Virus record (IMG/VR): IMGVR_UViG_3300021519_000916
Coordinates: 32,001 to 96,000 of that record
DNA: 64,000 nucleotides
DNA from: a virus
Reading direction: 5' to 3' (one strand)
Shown here: in pieces, positions 18,567 to 27,270 of the stretch
Layout: each line of letters begins with the position of its first letter
Position numbering within the stretch: the first letter of the stretch is position 1
Program-made: the position numbers and the translations under genes
The notes under the pieces: generated by a model
What the model saw: the letters and a program-made list of their open reading frames with translations, nothing else
Told to the model about the DNA's origin: nothing
Databases searched by the model: none

Positions 18567-18731
18567 ATGGCCAAAATTCAAACCGAAACAGTTGTAATCA
18601 CCTTCAATAAACTAATCAAAGACTCAGATGCTGAAACAGCATCATTAACTGCCGATACCTTATCAGCACTAGAGCAAGTGGCCCAGGAATTAGCGGGCAG
18701 TGGCGTAGTAGTTGAAGTACAAGTAGCTTAA
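18567..18731 (+). CDS. Small hypothetical protein (54 aa, not in the ORF track)
   Basis: MAKIQTETVVITFNKLIKD...; AAGGAG SD and an ATAAATA box at 18536-18542. Confidence 0.75.
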   Translation: MAKIQTETVVITFNKLIKDSDAETASLTADTLSALEQVAQELAGSGVVVEVQVA

Positions 18732-18753
18732 TCAATTAACCAGAGAGAACTCA

Positions 18754-19611
18754 ATGAGCGACAAAAAAATTAATCAAAAAGATGCGGTAGCAATGATCAA
18801 GGCAGCAGCCGCAAAACAAAAACTTGCGGCGGCTCAACCGCAGGCACAACAAGAAGGCCAACCGTACGATTTTAAACGAAATCATTTACACATTGGTATT
18901 CCTTGTTATGGTGGTATGGTATCCGAACCTACTATGACTAGCTTTTTAAGATTTACTCTTTTGGCTACACAGGCTGGATTAAATTGGTCACTTGACACAA
19001 TGGTTAACGAATCATTGGTTACTCGTGCTCGTAACAATTTAATGGCTAAAATGATGACCAATAAAGAAGCAACACATTTTATGTTTATCGATGCAGATAT
19101 ACGTTTCCAACCTGATAGTATCTTATCAATGATGGCGCACGAAAAAGATGTCATTGGTGGACTATATCCTAAAAAAGCACTACCGGTTAATTATGTTATT
19201 AACTTAAAACCAGAAACAAAAATCCAAGGCGACATTTTTACAGTTGATACAATGGGTACAGGTTTCCTAATGTTTAAGCGCAATGTATACGAGAAGTTAA
19301 TTGCCGCACATCCAGAATGCAAATATGTAGACGATGTGGGTCTTGGTAAACAATATGAGCCAATGATGTATTCAATCTTTGATTGCGAAATCGATGAGCG
19401 TGGACATTATCTAAGCGAAGACTGGTTGTTCTGTCGTAGATGGCAAAAAATTGGTGGCGAGATTTGGGCCCATAGTAAAGTATTGCTCAATCACGTTGGA
19501 CACTACGAATATGCTGGTGACTTGGATAAACTCAAAATTGCCGAGCGTGGCAGTATGGGTATTATTGAAGATACCCTCGCTTCACAAGGTGCCAGAGTAG
19601 AAAAGGCATAA
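18754..19611 (+). CDS. GT-A fold glycosyltransferase-like protein
   Basis: IGIPCY, SLVTRARN, FMFIDADI (DxD), GTGFLM, SEDW.FC. Confidence 0.8.
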   Translation: MSDKKINQKDAVAMIKAAAAKQKLAAAQPQAQQEGQPYDFKRNHLHIGIPCYGGMVSEPTMTSFLRFTLLATQAGLNWSLDTMVNESLVTRARNNLMAKMMTNKEATHFMFIDADIRFQPDSILSMMAHEKDVIGGLYPKKALPVNYVINLKPETKIQGDIFTVDTMGTGFLMFKRNVYEKLIAAHPECKYVDDVGLGKQYEPMMYSIFDCEIDERGHYLSEDWLFCRRWQKIGGEIWAHSKVLLNHVGHYEYAGDLDKLKIAERGSMGIIEDTLASQGARVEKA

Positions 19612-19624
19612 CAACGGAGTTTAT

Positions 19625-20074
19625 ATGTCATCAACAGAAAAATTGCATTTTAAAGTTGGCCTATCAGGAACCTATTGGAAAAAGGTTCCTGTTTATAGTG
19701 TACTAGTTAATGACTTAACAATTTTTACAAAAAACAAAATAACAAATCCAACAGACGAAGTTGAATATATTGAGTTTGATGCTGAAATAGCAGATGGGCC
19801 TGCTACTCTGCATATACGCCTTGACAATAAAGACTGGACAGATACTGTACAAAATGACGATAAGACCGAAATTCTTAAAGACATGATGTTAAACATAGTA
19901 AGTATTGAAATTGATGAAATTTCCCTTGGTAATTTAGTATACACTAAGAGTATTTTTGTTGGTGATGATACTACTCGACCAGATCTTGACAAATGTGTAA
20001 ATTTAGGATGGAACGGTACTTGGACTTTAGAGTTTACCAGCCCATTCTACATTTGGCTCCTTGAAAACATTTAA
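19625..20074 (+). CDS. Hypothetical beta-rich protein
   Basis: 149-aa ORF, GGAG SD; loosely similar to 21123-21413. Confidence 0.65.
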   Translation: MSSTEKLHFKVGLSGTYWKKVPVYSVLVNDLTIFTKNKITNPTDEVEYIEFDAEIADGPATLHIRLDNKDWTDTVQNDDKTEILKDMMLNIVSIEIDEISLGNLVYTKSIFVGDDTTRPDLDKCVNLGWNGTWTLEFTSPFYIWLLENI

Positions 20075-20075
20075 A

Positions 20076-20082
20076 CTAAATA
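20076..20082 (+). promoter_or_regulatory. Putative late promoter (CTAAATA)
   Basis: TAAATA box upstream of the AGGA SD of gene 20104. Confidence 0.55.
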
Positions 20083-20103
20083 TAGTAATAGGATACTATT
20101 ACT

Positions 20104-21120
20104 ATGTTTCTTTCAGAACTTAACGAACCAAATTTACTTGTAGTCTACTGCGGTAGATTCCAGCCTTTTCACAAAGGGCATCATGCTGTATACGAATACC
20201 TCACCGGCAAATTTGGGGTTAACAATGTATATATTGCAACCAGCAACAAAGTAGATCCCCCACGTAGCCCATTTTCCTTTTCAGAGAAGTCATATTTCAT
20301 GCAATTGACTGGGGTTCCCGGCCACCGTGTTATACAGGTATCCAACAATTATAATGTAACAGAAGTAGCAAAAGCATTAAACATGGACGATCAATCCATG
20401 GCAAATACTGTGTTAATTTTCCCAGTTAGTGAAAAAGATATGGCTGAAGAGCCACGTTTTCAATCCTGGACTAAAAAAGACGGCTCCCCGGGTGCTCTAC
20501 AACCTTTAGAAAATATTAAAGATACCAAGAGCATGAAAGAGTTTGCTTATATAATGACTGTACCTACATTTGACTTTAAAGTAATGGGACAACCAATGCG
20601 GTCGGGTACAGAACTTAGACAACAATACATTGATAGTGATGAAAAAACACGCGGTACTATAGTTGCAGATTTGTTTGGTAAGTACACCAGAGAAGCAGAG
20701 CAACTTATGACTAAAGCATTGGCGCCAGCTGCACCAATTGCTCCTCCTACAGCCATTCCTAAGTTACCTAAACCTGCCAAAGCTGCAGGTGGTGTAGTAA
20801 AGGGTATTAAAGAAGGCGGACTCGATCATTCATGGGCTGTTAAAGATGAGAAAACTGGTGAGATGGGTATACGTCCTGCTGGTGGTATGGGTACATGGAC
20901 TGAACCTACTTTAATAAGTAGCCTACTCCGCGACCTAGCAACAGTTGAAGCAAAAATTACTGCAAAAAACGCAACTGATGCTGAGTATATACTGTATCAA
21001 AAATATAGCACAGTAAAAGCTAAACTACAAGCACTGGCAAAATACGAACAATTTGTACTACGCAATGGTAAGCGTGCCATTAAGCCGGGTCGAGAAATTG
21101 ATCTAGGAGAGGACAAATAA
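20104..21120 (+). CDS. HIGH-family nucleotidyltransferase (NMNAT/cytidylyltransferase-like) with an extra C-terminal domain
   Basis: GRFQPFHKGH, SPFSFSEK, SGTELR; N-terminus MFLSELNE. Confidence 0.8.
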   Translation: MFLSELNEPNLLVVYCGRFQPFHKGHHAVYEYLTGKFGVNNVYIATSNKVDPPRSPFSFSEKSYFMQLTGVPGHRVIQVSNNYNVTEVAKALNMDDQSMANTVLIFPVSEKDMAEEPRFQSWTKKDGSPGALQPLENIKDTKSMKEFAYIMTVPTFDFKVMGQPMRSGTELRQQYIDSDEKTRGTIVADLFGKYTREAEQLMTKALAPAAPIAPPTAIPKLPKPAKAAGGVVKGIKEGGLDHSWAVKDEKTGEMGIRPAGGMGTWTEPTLISSLLRDLATVEAKITAKNATDAEYILYQKYSTVKAKLQALAKYEQFVLRNGKRAIKPGREIDLGEDK

Positions 21121-21122
21121 TC

Positions 21123-21413
21123 ATGTCCTTGGTAGCAATGAGTGTTGATATTTACTGTGATAACTCACATGGTAAGCACCCGTATTATAGACTATGGGTT
21201 GACAACGAATTGCTAACTGAACGCACATGGATTTGGCCCACGTACGAAATTTTTATACAAGAGAATATAGAAGTGGATATAGAACCCGGCGAACATCATA
21301 TCCGCATTGATAATTGCGGGTCAAAAACAAATTTTGATCTAAAGAATTTAATAGTAGATGGAACTCCACTGCAAGCCGTAACATCACATCAAGATTTGAG
21401 CTTTACAATCTAA
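21123..21413 (+). CDS. Hypothetical protein
   Basis: 96-aa ORF, GAGGA SD. Confidence 0.65.
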   Translation: MSLVAMSVDIYCDNSHGKHPYYRLWVDNELLTERTWIWPTYEIFIQENIEVDIEPGEHHIRIDNCGSKTNFDLKNLIVDGTPLQAVTSHQDLSFTI

Positions 21414-21416
21414 CAC

Positions 21417-21423
21417 ATAAATA
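21417..21423 (+). promoter_or_regulatory. Putative late promoter (ATAAATA)
   Basis: TAAATA box upstream of 21445. Confidence 0.55.
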
Positions 21424-21444
21424 TACAATATTGGGATTAACCGA

Positions 21445-22074
21445 ATGAAAACAACAGAATTTATTAATGAAAATGCCTTTATTGGGCAAGATGCACATAT
21501 TATGCACGAAGAGCATAAGCTACAGTCTATACGTGTAAATTTGCATAATATCGCCATAAACAGCGTAGCAATCCATAAACTATTACGTAGACTTGAAAGC
21601 GATAGCGACATTGCGCTATATGCCGAATCAATCAAAGAAGCCGAATCATTGATACAACATGTATTAGAAGAAGTAGAATACGCAACAGCAGACCATAGTT
21701 ATATGGATGCTGAAATGGAATCGTTTAATCCAACTATTGCTGAAGCTAAGTTTGCCGAAGAAACATTGCCTTGGGAAACCGATGCTGAATCTAAAAAGCG
21801 CGAAGCTGGTGAGAAAGAAAAATCTGCATTTAAAAAACCAAAGAATCCTAATCGTACTGGACCCGATGCTGCCAAGGCACTGGCACAAAAAGGCGCATCT
21901 ACTGTTAAAGAAGATGCAACTGGTGGTTCTTCGATGAGTAGTTCTGTTGCTGTTACTCCACAGACGCTGGGTGAAAAAGGCACATTCAGTAAAAAAGAAG
22001 TTAATAAAAAATTAGGCAATTATAGTAATGTACTTACACGCGGCGGCCCAGTTAAGGTTGGGAAGTCAAAATAA
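21445..22074 (+). CDS. Probable internal head/virion protein
   Basis: N-terminus MKTTEFINE resembles the T4 capsid-targeting sequence; low-complexity segments separated by xxE motifs. Confidence 0.55.
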   Translation: MKTTEFINENAFIGQDAHIMHEEHKLQSIRVNLHNIAINSVAIHKLLRRLESDSDIALYAESIKEAESLIQHVLEEVEYATADHSYMDAEMESFNPTIAEAKFAEETLPWETDAESKKREAGEKEKSAFKKPKNPNRTGPDAAKALAQKGASTVKEDATGGSSMSSSVAVTPQTLGEKGTFSKKEVNKKLGNYSNVLTRGGPVKVGKSK

Positions 22075-22787
22075 TGGATAATAATTTTAACGACATTTTA
22101 AATATTTTTAAGCGTTTAGATGAAAGCGCAAAACCTGTTGTACAGGAAAATAATGATTTTCCGGGCTATTGGACAGGTAAGATGTCGGCTAAACAATCTA
22201 GAAATAAAATGGTTGGTGCCGCTGAGAGTATTGAACAAAAACTACAAAAGCAATTTGACAATCCAAAAGACGAACCACAGAAGCAAAAGTTTCGTGTGGA
22301 AGTTACAGTAAGCGACCCAAACCACACAATGGTAACTCAGCGCAATGAACTAAAACGTAGGGTATGTAAAGTAACAGCAACCGATGAAAATAATGCTGTT
22401 GACACGGCAATCCATTGGTATAAAAAACAAGGTTATAAAGTACACGATCATCACTTCATTGGCGCAGACGAACAATCGTTAACAGAATTTGGTGCCGACG
22501 GCATTGGCGCAACTCCCGGTGCACAAGCTGCTGATCCAGCCGCAGATGCAAAAGAACTACAAGCAACAACACAGGCCTTACAAAAACTTGGTGCTGTAAC
22601 TGGTACAAAAATTCCAGTTGCACAAACAGCAAAATCAATGTCTAGTGATGCACCACCAAGCCCAGCCGATAATGCAAAAAATGCAATGGTCGCTAAACAA
22701 ATTGAGCCTTTGTTAACCGATCCAGCTGCCGCGGGCAAGTTAACTAGTTTAATTAAACAGCAACAAACTGAACCCGGAGCCGAATAA
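22074..22787 (+). CDS. Probable internal head/virion protein (modular)
   Basis: LDE, VQE, AAE and LTE motifs separate short modules; TAATG coupling. Confidence 0.5.
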   Translation: MDNNFNDILNIFKRLDESAKPVVQENNDFPGYWTGKMSAKQSRNKMVGAAESIEQKLQKQFDNPKDEPQKQKFRVEVTVSDPNHTMVTQRNELKRRVCKVTATDENNAVDTAIHWYKKQGYKVHDHHFIGADEQSLTEFGADGIGATPGAQAADPAADAKELQATTQALQKLGAVTGTKIPVAQTAKSMSSDAPPSPADNAKNAMVAKQIEPLLTDPAAAGKLTSLIKQQQTEPGAE

Positions 22788-24373
22788 TGTTTTTACATGA
22801 CTTTTTTGATACTAAAAAATCCGCAGTTAAAGAAGGAGAAACTACTTTAACTAAAACTGGTCGTGTACATCGCTCAACAGATGCGTACGGTGGTACCCCA
22901 CGCGAGCCAGATTCACTTGGTAACAAGTTAGATAAAGCTGGCACAAATAGTATTGAACGAGCATTAGATATTAAGTGGGATAGAAAGAAAGAATGGCAAG
23001 GCGGCGTTGAAGTAGATACGTCAGAAGGAATAGCTGGTGAACTGATTGGTGGTACCATTGGTGGAGTAGCAGGAACATTAGGTGGTGCCGCAGTAGGTGG
23101 TCCAATGGGTGCATTAGTTGGTGGTGCCGCAGGCGGTACTGCTGGACAAATGGCCGGTAGAGAGCTAACTAAAGAAGAAGGCCGAGAACGAATTTATAGC
23201 AATGGCGATAGAGTAAAATTAAATTCTACATACGCCGATTATCGTAACCCAAATGAGATATTCACTGTATCACAATGTGATCAAGAACGTAAACGTTGTT
23301 GGATCGGCGATAAAAGCGGTAGTGGATGGTATGCAACATTTGATCAATTGATTCCAGCAAGATCTCGTGCCAAAGAAGATGACACCAAGTTAAACAAAAA
23401 TATCGATAACGGCCACCTACGTATGTTGGTACACCGTGCAATGAAAGCAAGACAAGCTGGAAAGTCATTGACTAGTGTAATGCGGTCCGATGAAATTAAA
23501 ACATTGCTAATGGCCAAAGGCACAGGACAATTAAAAGATTTATTTGCAGAAGATTCATGGCATGGCGAAGGCGAAGCATGGCACGGCGGTGGCAATGAGC
23601 CAATGGATGCATGGCACGGACAAGAAGGCGTAACAGAAGAACAACTTGATGAATTTTTGCCAGCATTGGCCGCAGGTGCCGGTGCATTGGCACGTGGTGC
23701 TGCAATGGCAGGAGGCGCGGCGCTAAAAGGCGCACAAGTAGTGGGTGGTGCGGCATTAAAAGGTGCTCAAGCAGTTGCTCCGGGTCTAGTAAAAGGCGCT
23801 CAAGCGGCAGGTAATGCTGTTGTAAAAGGTGCTCAAGCAATTGCTCCGGGCGTTGTAAAAACTGGACAAGCAATTGGAAAAGTCCCAGGTCAAGTTGAAA
23901 AAGGATTAATAAAGGGCTTTGAAGTTCTTGATGCTCTTGTTCCAGGCGGCATCTTTGATGCAAACGGTAATATAAAGAGTCCTCAAATCTTATCAAAATT
24001 CTTAACACCACAACAAATACAACAGGTGCAACAACAGCCAGTACAACAACAATCACCTAGCCAACAAGTAGCACAGAATCAACAACAAGTTGCGGCCGAA
24101 GGTTATTTTTCAGATCTAGATGTTCAAAAGAAAGATAGGCAGTATGCTGGTACAAAAGCATATCACGCTAAGAAGAAAGCCGAAAAAGAAAAGAATGCTA
24201 CAGATGCCAAGACCGCGTTTGATGCTAAGTTTGGTGGTAGCAATCCAGTGGGTTCTCTTAAAATTAGAGAGCAAGGTGTGGCGGAAGGTACCAACTACTG
24301 GACTAAGTTACAGGACGCTCGCAATAAAAAAATAAATAGTTTAGTCAACGAATTAAAAGAGAGTATAATGTAA
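22787..24373 (+). CDS. Modular polyprotein-like virion protein (glycine zipper, 11-mer repeats, EQGVAE motif)
   Basis: Mosaic of short unrelated modules bounded by Glu-ending motifs. Confidence 0.6.
   Translation: MFLHDFFDTKKSAVKEGETTLTKTGRVHRSTDAYGGTPREPDSLGNKLDKAGTNSIERALDIKWDRKKEWQGGVEVDTSEGIAGELIGGTIGGVAGTLGGAAVGGPMGALVGGAAGGTAGQMAGRELTKEEGRERIYSNGDRVKLNSTYADYRNPNEIFTVSQCDQERKRCWIGDKSGSGWYATFDQLIPARSRAKEDDTKLNKNIDNGHLRMLVHRAMKARQAGKSLTSVMRSDEIKTLLMAKGTGQLKDLFAEDSWHGEGEAWHGGGNEPMDAWHGQEGVTEEQLDEFLPALAAGAGALARGAAMAGGAALKGAQVVGGAALKGAQAVAPGLVKGAQAAGNAVVKGAQAIAPGVVKTGQAIGKVPGQVEKGLIKGFEVLDALVPGGIFDANGNIKSPQILSKFLTPQQIQQVQQQPVQQQSPSQQVAQNQQQVAAEGYFSDLDVQKKDRQYAGTKAYHAKKKAEKEKNATDAKTAFDAKFGGSNPVGSLKIREQGVAEGTNYWTKLQDARNKKINSLVNELKESIM
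23711..23875 (+). repeat. 33-nt / 11-aa tandem repeat (GGAALKGAQVV-type, five copies)
   Basis: GGAALKGAQVV GGAALKGAQAV APGLVKGAQAA GNAVVKGAQAI APGVVKTGQAI. Confidence 0.85.
24269..24286 (+). repeat. 18-nt exact direct repeat, copy 1 (GAGCAAGGTGTGGCGGAA = EQGVAE)
   Basis: Identical to 25602-25619 in a different gene. Confidence 0.9.
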
Positions 24374-24807
24374 TGGAAGAACTACAAAAAGCCGCTAAGA
24401 TAGCATTTGCCTCAGAATTTAGTTTTTATCTAAAGGCACATTTCTTTCACTGGAACGTAGAAGGTATCAACTTCCGTGAACTACACGATTTGTTTGGAAC
24501 GATCTACGAAGAAGTATATGGTAGTATTGATGACTTTGCTGAAAAGATCCGTGCCTTGGGTGCGTATGCGCCAGGTAGTAACAGTCGCTTTAGTATGCTT
24601 AGTCGTATAGAAGATGAAACCGATGTGCTACCCGCTGAACAAATGGTTGTTGAACTATTACAAGATAGCGACAACATGGTTAAAATTTTAAAACGTGTAT
24701 ACGACATCGCCGAGGCTGCTGGCGAACATGGTTTCTCTAACTTCTTGGCTGAACGTATGGATGCACATCGCAAGCACAGCTGGCAATTGCGTGCCACAGC
24801 AAAATGA
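24373..24807 (+). CDS. dps: Dps/ferritin-like DNA-protection protein
   Basis: KAHFFHWNVEG..F.ELH..F...YEE, D..AEKIRALG, H.KH.WQL. Confidence 0.93.
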   Translation: MEELQKAAKIAFASEFSFYLKAHFFHWNVEGINFRELHDLFGTIYEEVYGSIDDFAEKIRALGAYAPGSNSRFSMLSRIEDETDVLPAEQMVVELLQDSDNMVKILKRVYDIAEAAGEHGFSNFLAERMDAHRKHSWQLRATAK

Positions 24808-25754
24808 AAGTAAACGAAGTCTTATTGGAAAATAAGAATAATGCTTTTATTAAGCAACATATCCAATGGCTTGCAGATCAATTGGATATTAAAAAACTAC
24901 CAAAGATCACATTATTAAACGATCCTGTTGATACAACGTTTGGCCAATATGATCCAAACACTAAAAGTATTAAGTTAGTAACAGGTGGACGACATCCAGT
25001 TGATGTGTTGCGTACATTGGCACACGAACTGACACATTACAAACAAGATATTGAAAATAACTTACCCGATGGTGCTGGTGAAACTGGCACCGACCAAGAA
25101 AACGAAGCAAATGCTAATGCTGGTATTGTCATGAGAGATTTTGCACAAGAGAATCCAGATCAGTTCGGTTTGGATAAAGGTGCATTGGCCGAAGGCAAAA
25201 TTGCCGAGGTAAATGACGAATGGTTTAAACAAGGTGCATTTAAAACTTTTAAGAAAGCCGCCCCAGTTAAGTATCAACTTGCACAACAACACGGGACAGT
25301 TGACACCTTAGAAGGTCCAGTTAGATATGAAGCGGGTCATTATATAATGACAGGCCCTAAAGGCGAACGATATCCTATCTCTCCAGACAAGTTCAATACA
25401 TTATATGATGACAATGGCGACGGAACTGCTACCCCCAAGAAAATTTCTAAGTTAGCTAAACTAGCCGACCACGATGGTGTACTACATACCAGTTGGGGTG
25501 ATCTGCAATACACAAAAGGTAATGATTATATCGTACGCCATGGTACCGGTGATTATGGTGCTGTTAAAAAAGATATTTTTGCACAGACATACAATAATCC
25601 TGAGCAAGGTGTGGCGGAACATATCGTTAAGCACGGTAGCCAATTTCGTTTGCTTAGTAAAAAAGGTAAGAACTTAGGTACATTCCCTTCACACAAAGCC
25701 GCGGCCAAACACGAAGGCGAAGTTGAATACTTTAAGGCACATCCTAAGAAATGA
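24804..25754 (+). CDS. Multi-domain protein: zincin-like HExxH domain, PGDYG-like domain and short basic C-terminal module
   Basis: RTLAHELTH...ENEANA; duplicated TLEG...GHYI..G..GE.Y / TSWG...NDYI...G.GDYG; N-terminus MKVNEVLLE. Confidence 0.65.
   Translation: MKVNEVLLENKNNAFIKQHIQWLADQLDIKKLPKITLLNDPVDTTFGQYDPNTKSIKLVTGGRHPVDVLRTLAHELTHYKQDIENNLPDGAGETGTDQENEANANAGIVMRDFAQENPDQFGLDKGALAEGKIAEVNDEWFKQGAFKTFKKAAPVKYQLAQQHGTVDTLEGPVRYEAGHYIMTGPKGERYPISPDKFNTLYDDNGDGTATPKKISKLAKLADHDGVLHTSWGDLQYTKGNDYIVRHGTGDYGAVKKDIFAQTYNNPEQGVAEHIVKHGSQFRLLSKKGKNLGTFPSHKAAAKHEGEVEYFKAHPKK
25602..25619 (+). repeat. 18-nt exact direct repeat, copy 2
   Basis: Identical to 24269-24286. Confidence 0.9.
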
Positions 25755-25787
25755 ACGAATACCCAGTATACCCAGAAGACGACGGCT

Positions 25788-26240
25788 ATGATAGTCCACG
25801 AAATCCTTTCAGCCCAGCCTGATCCCAAGGCAGAATTAGATGCTATACTTGCTAAATGTTGCGAGATGATTCTTGATGGGCAAACAAAAGAGCCAGACCA
25901 TTATGGGATGGTTGCGGCCTGTGTAGTTTGCCCAGGAGGCAAAAAAGTTTGCCGTACTAGTTATAAAGAAGATGACAAGTATGTACACGCAGAACGTGCC
26001 GCAATAGATGCCTGTGGCGAAGTTGACCCGGACTGTATGATTGTCACTACCTTAAGTCCTTGTAATCGCCCAATGGATGACCGATATCGTGAAAGCTGTG
26101 AGGATTTAATTGCCGAGTATGGTATTAAGCATGTCTATTGTGGATATAAAGATCCAAGCCAAAAACAAGATACCAGCGTTGAAACAGAAAATACAAAACT
26201 TAAAGAGCTTTGTAAAAAGTTCGCAGATACTTTTTTATGA
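25788..26240 (+). CDS. Zn-dependent cytidine/RibD-like deaminase
   Basis: HAERAA and TTLSPC...C motifs; CGYKDP. Confidence 0.8.
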   Translation: MIVHEILSAQPDPKAELDAILAKCCEMILDGQTKEPDHYGMVAACVVCPGGKKVCRTSYKEDDKYVHAERAAIDACGEVDPDCMIVTTLSPCNRPMDDRYRESCEDLIAEYGIKHVYCGYKDPSQKQDTSVETENTKLKELCKKFADTFL

Positions 26241-26839
26241 AATCAAGCGAAATACAACCACGTAAGTTAGTTATATTTGATATCGATGATACGCTGGTAC
26301 ATACACAGACCAAAGTCCGCGTTATCAAACACGGTGCTGTTGTTAATAACTTAAACAGTCATGAATTTACCCATTACAAACTACAACCAGGCGAATCATT
26401 TGATTTTGAAAACTTTCGTAACGCACACGACTTCTTTCATAATAGTAAACCTATTATTCCAATGATCAATCAACTCAAGCACGATATCAATACCGGCAAT
26501 AAAGTTGTTATGGTTACAGCCCGTGCAGACTTTGATGATAGAGAATTGTTCCTGGATACATTTCGCAAATATGGTGTAGACATGAGTAAAGTACATGTAT
26601 ACCGTGCAGGTAATATGCAAGGTAAGGTACCAATTGAACACAAGAAAAAATCTATAATAAAAAATTTACTGAATCAAGACAAATATACAAAAGCTATTAT
26701 GTACGATGACGCTAAACCAAATTTGGATCTGTTTGTGAGCCTTAAACACGAACACCCAACTACTAAATTTTATGCATGGCATGTAAGTTTAGAGGGACAG
26801 GCCAGCGAATATCAGCGTTCGGACGAAGAACACCCTTAG
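26237..26839 (+). CDS. HAD-superfamily phosphatase (PNK 3'-phosphatase-like)
   Basis: FDIDDTL, VTAR, K, YDD..NL motifs. Confidence 0.8.
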   Translation: MKSSEIQPRKLVIFDIDDTLVHTQTKVRVIKHGAVVNNLNSHEFTHYKLQPGESFDFENFRNAHDFFHNSKPIIPMINQLKHDINTGNKVVMVTARADFDDRELFLDTFRKYGVDMSKVHVYRAGNMQGKVPIEHKKKSIIKNLLNQDKYTKAIMYDDAKPNLDLFVSLKHEHPTTKFYAWHVSLEGQASEYQRSDEEHP

Positions 26840-26940
26840 GACCCGTTTAATTACGGTGGTGTAGGTTTTGCCGCTACCTTTCAAATATTATGGAGTCGTG
26901 CCCGGAATGTATTTGGAAAAAGCGGCTTTCTCTTTTCCAA
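26830..26940 (+). ncRNA. Candidate structured RNA with a pseudoknot
   Basis: GC-rich intergenic segment with stems ACACC/GGTGT, CCGT/ACGG, AGGT/ACCT and TTCAAATA/TATTTGGA, and loop GCCGCT complementary to AGCGGC. Confidence 0.5.
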
Positions 26941-26948
26941 AACTTCTC

Positions 26949-26977
26949 TTGCAATTTTAAATAAGTAACTGTATAAT
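26949..26977 (+). promoter_or_regulatory. Sigma70-type promoter
   Basis: TTGCAA-17-TATAAT with an extended -10 (TG). Confidence 0.7.
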
Positions 26978-27000
26978 AAATCAATTAACTAGGAGACTTT

Positions 27001-27270
27001 ATGTCATCAAATGGACCGCGCATGTTTAGTGCAGAACAAAAAGCAAAACTTACACAAATTATTAACGAAGGTATGGGTGTACTTCAAGAAGTTGAAGACC
27101 TTAATGCAGGACTTAATGATACCATTAAAGCTATTGCTGAAGAAATGGAAATTAAACCAGCTATTCTAAAGAAAGCAATTAAAATTGCCCAAAAGTCTAG
27201 ACTTGGCGAAATGAATCAGGATCACGAAGAGCTCAATACTATTCTTGAGACAGTGGGCAAAACGCTTTGA
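27001..27270 (+). CDS. Small helical dsDNA-binding protein (T4 DsbA/GapR-like)
   Basis: Size and helical pattern L..II.E....L.E...L...I..IAEE......IL.K.IKI; AGGAG SD; upstream of the polymerase. Confidence 0.55.
   Translation: MSSNGPRMFSAEQKAKLTQIINEGMGVLQEVEDLNAGLNDTIKAIAEEMEIKPAILKKAIKIAQKSRLGEMNQDHEELNTILETVGKTL

Noticed and set aside
23496-24056. 186-aa minus-strand ORF
   Set aside because: Shadow of the repetitive Ala/Gly/Gln-coding plus-strand gene; no SD or promoter
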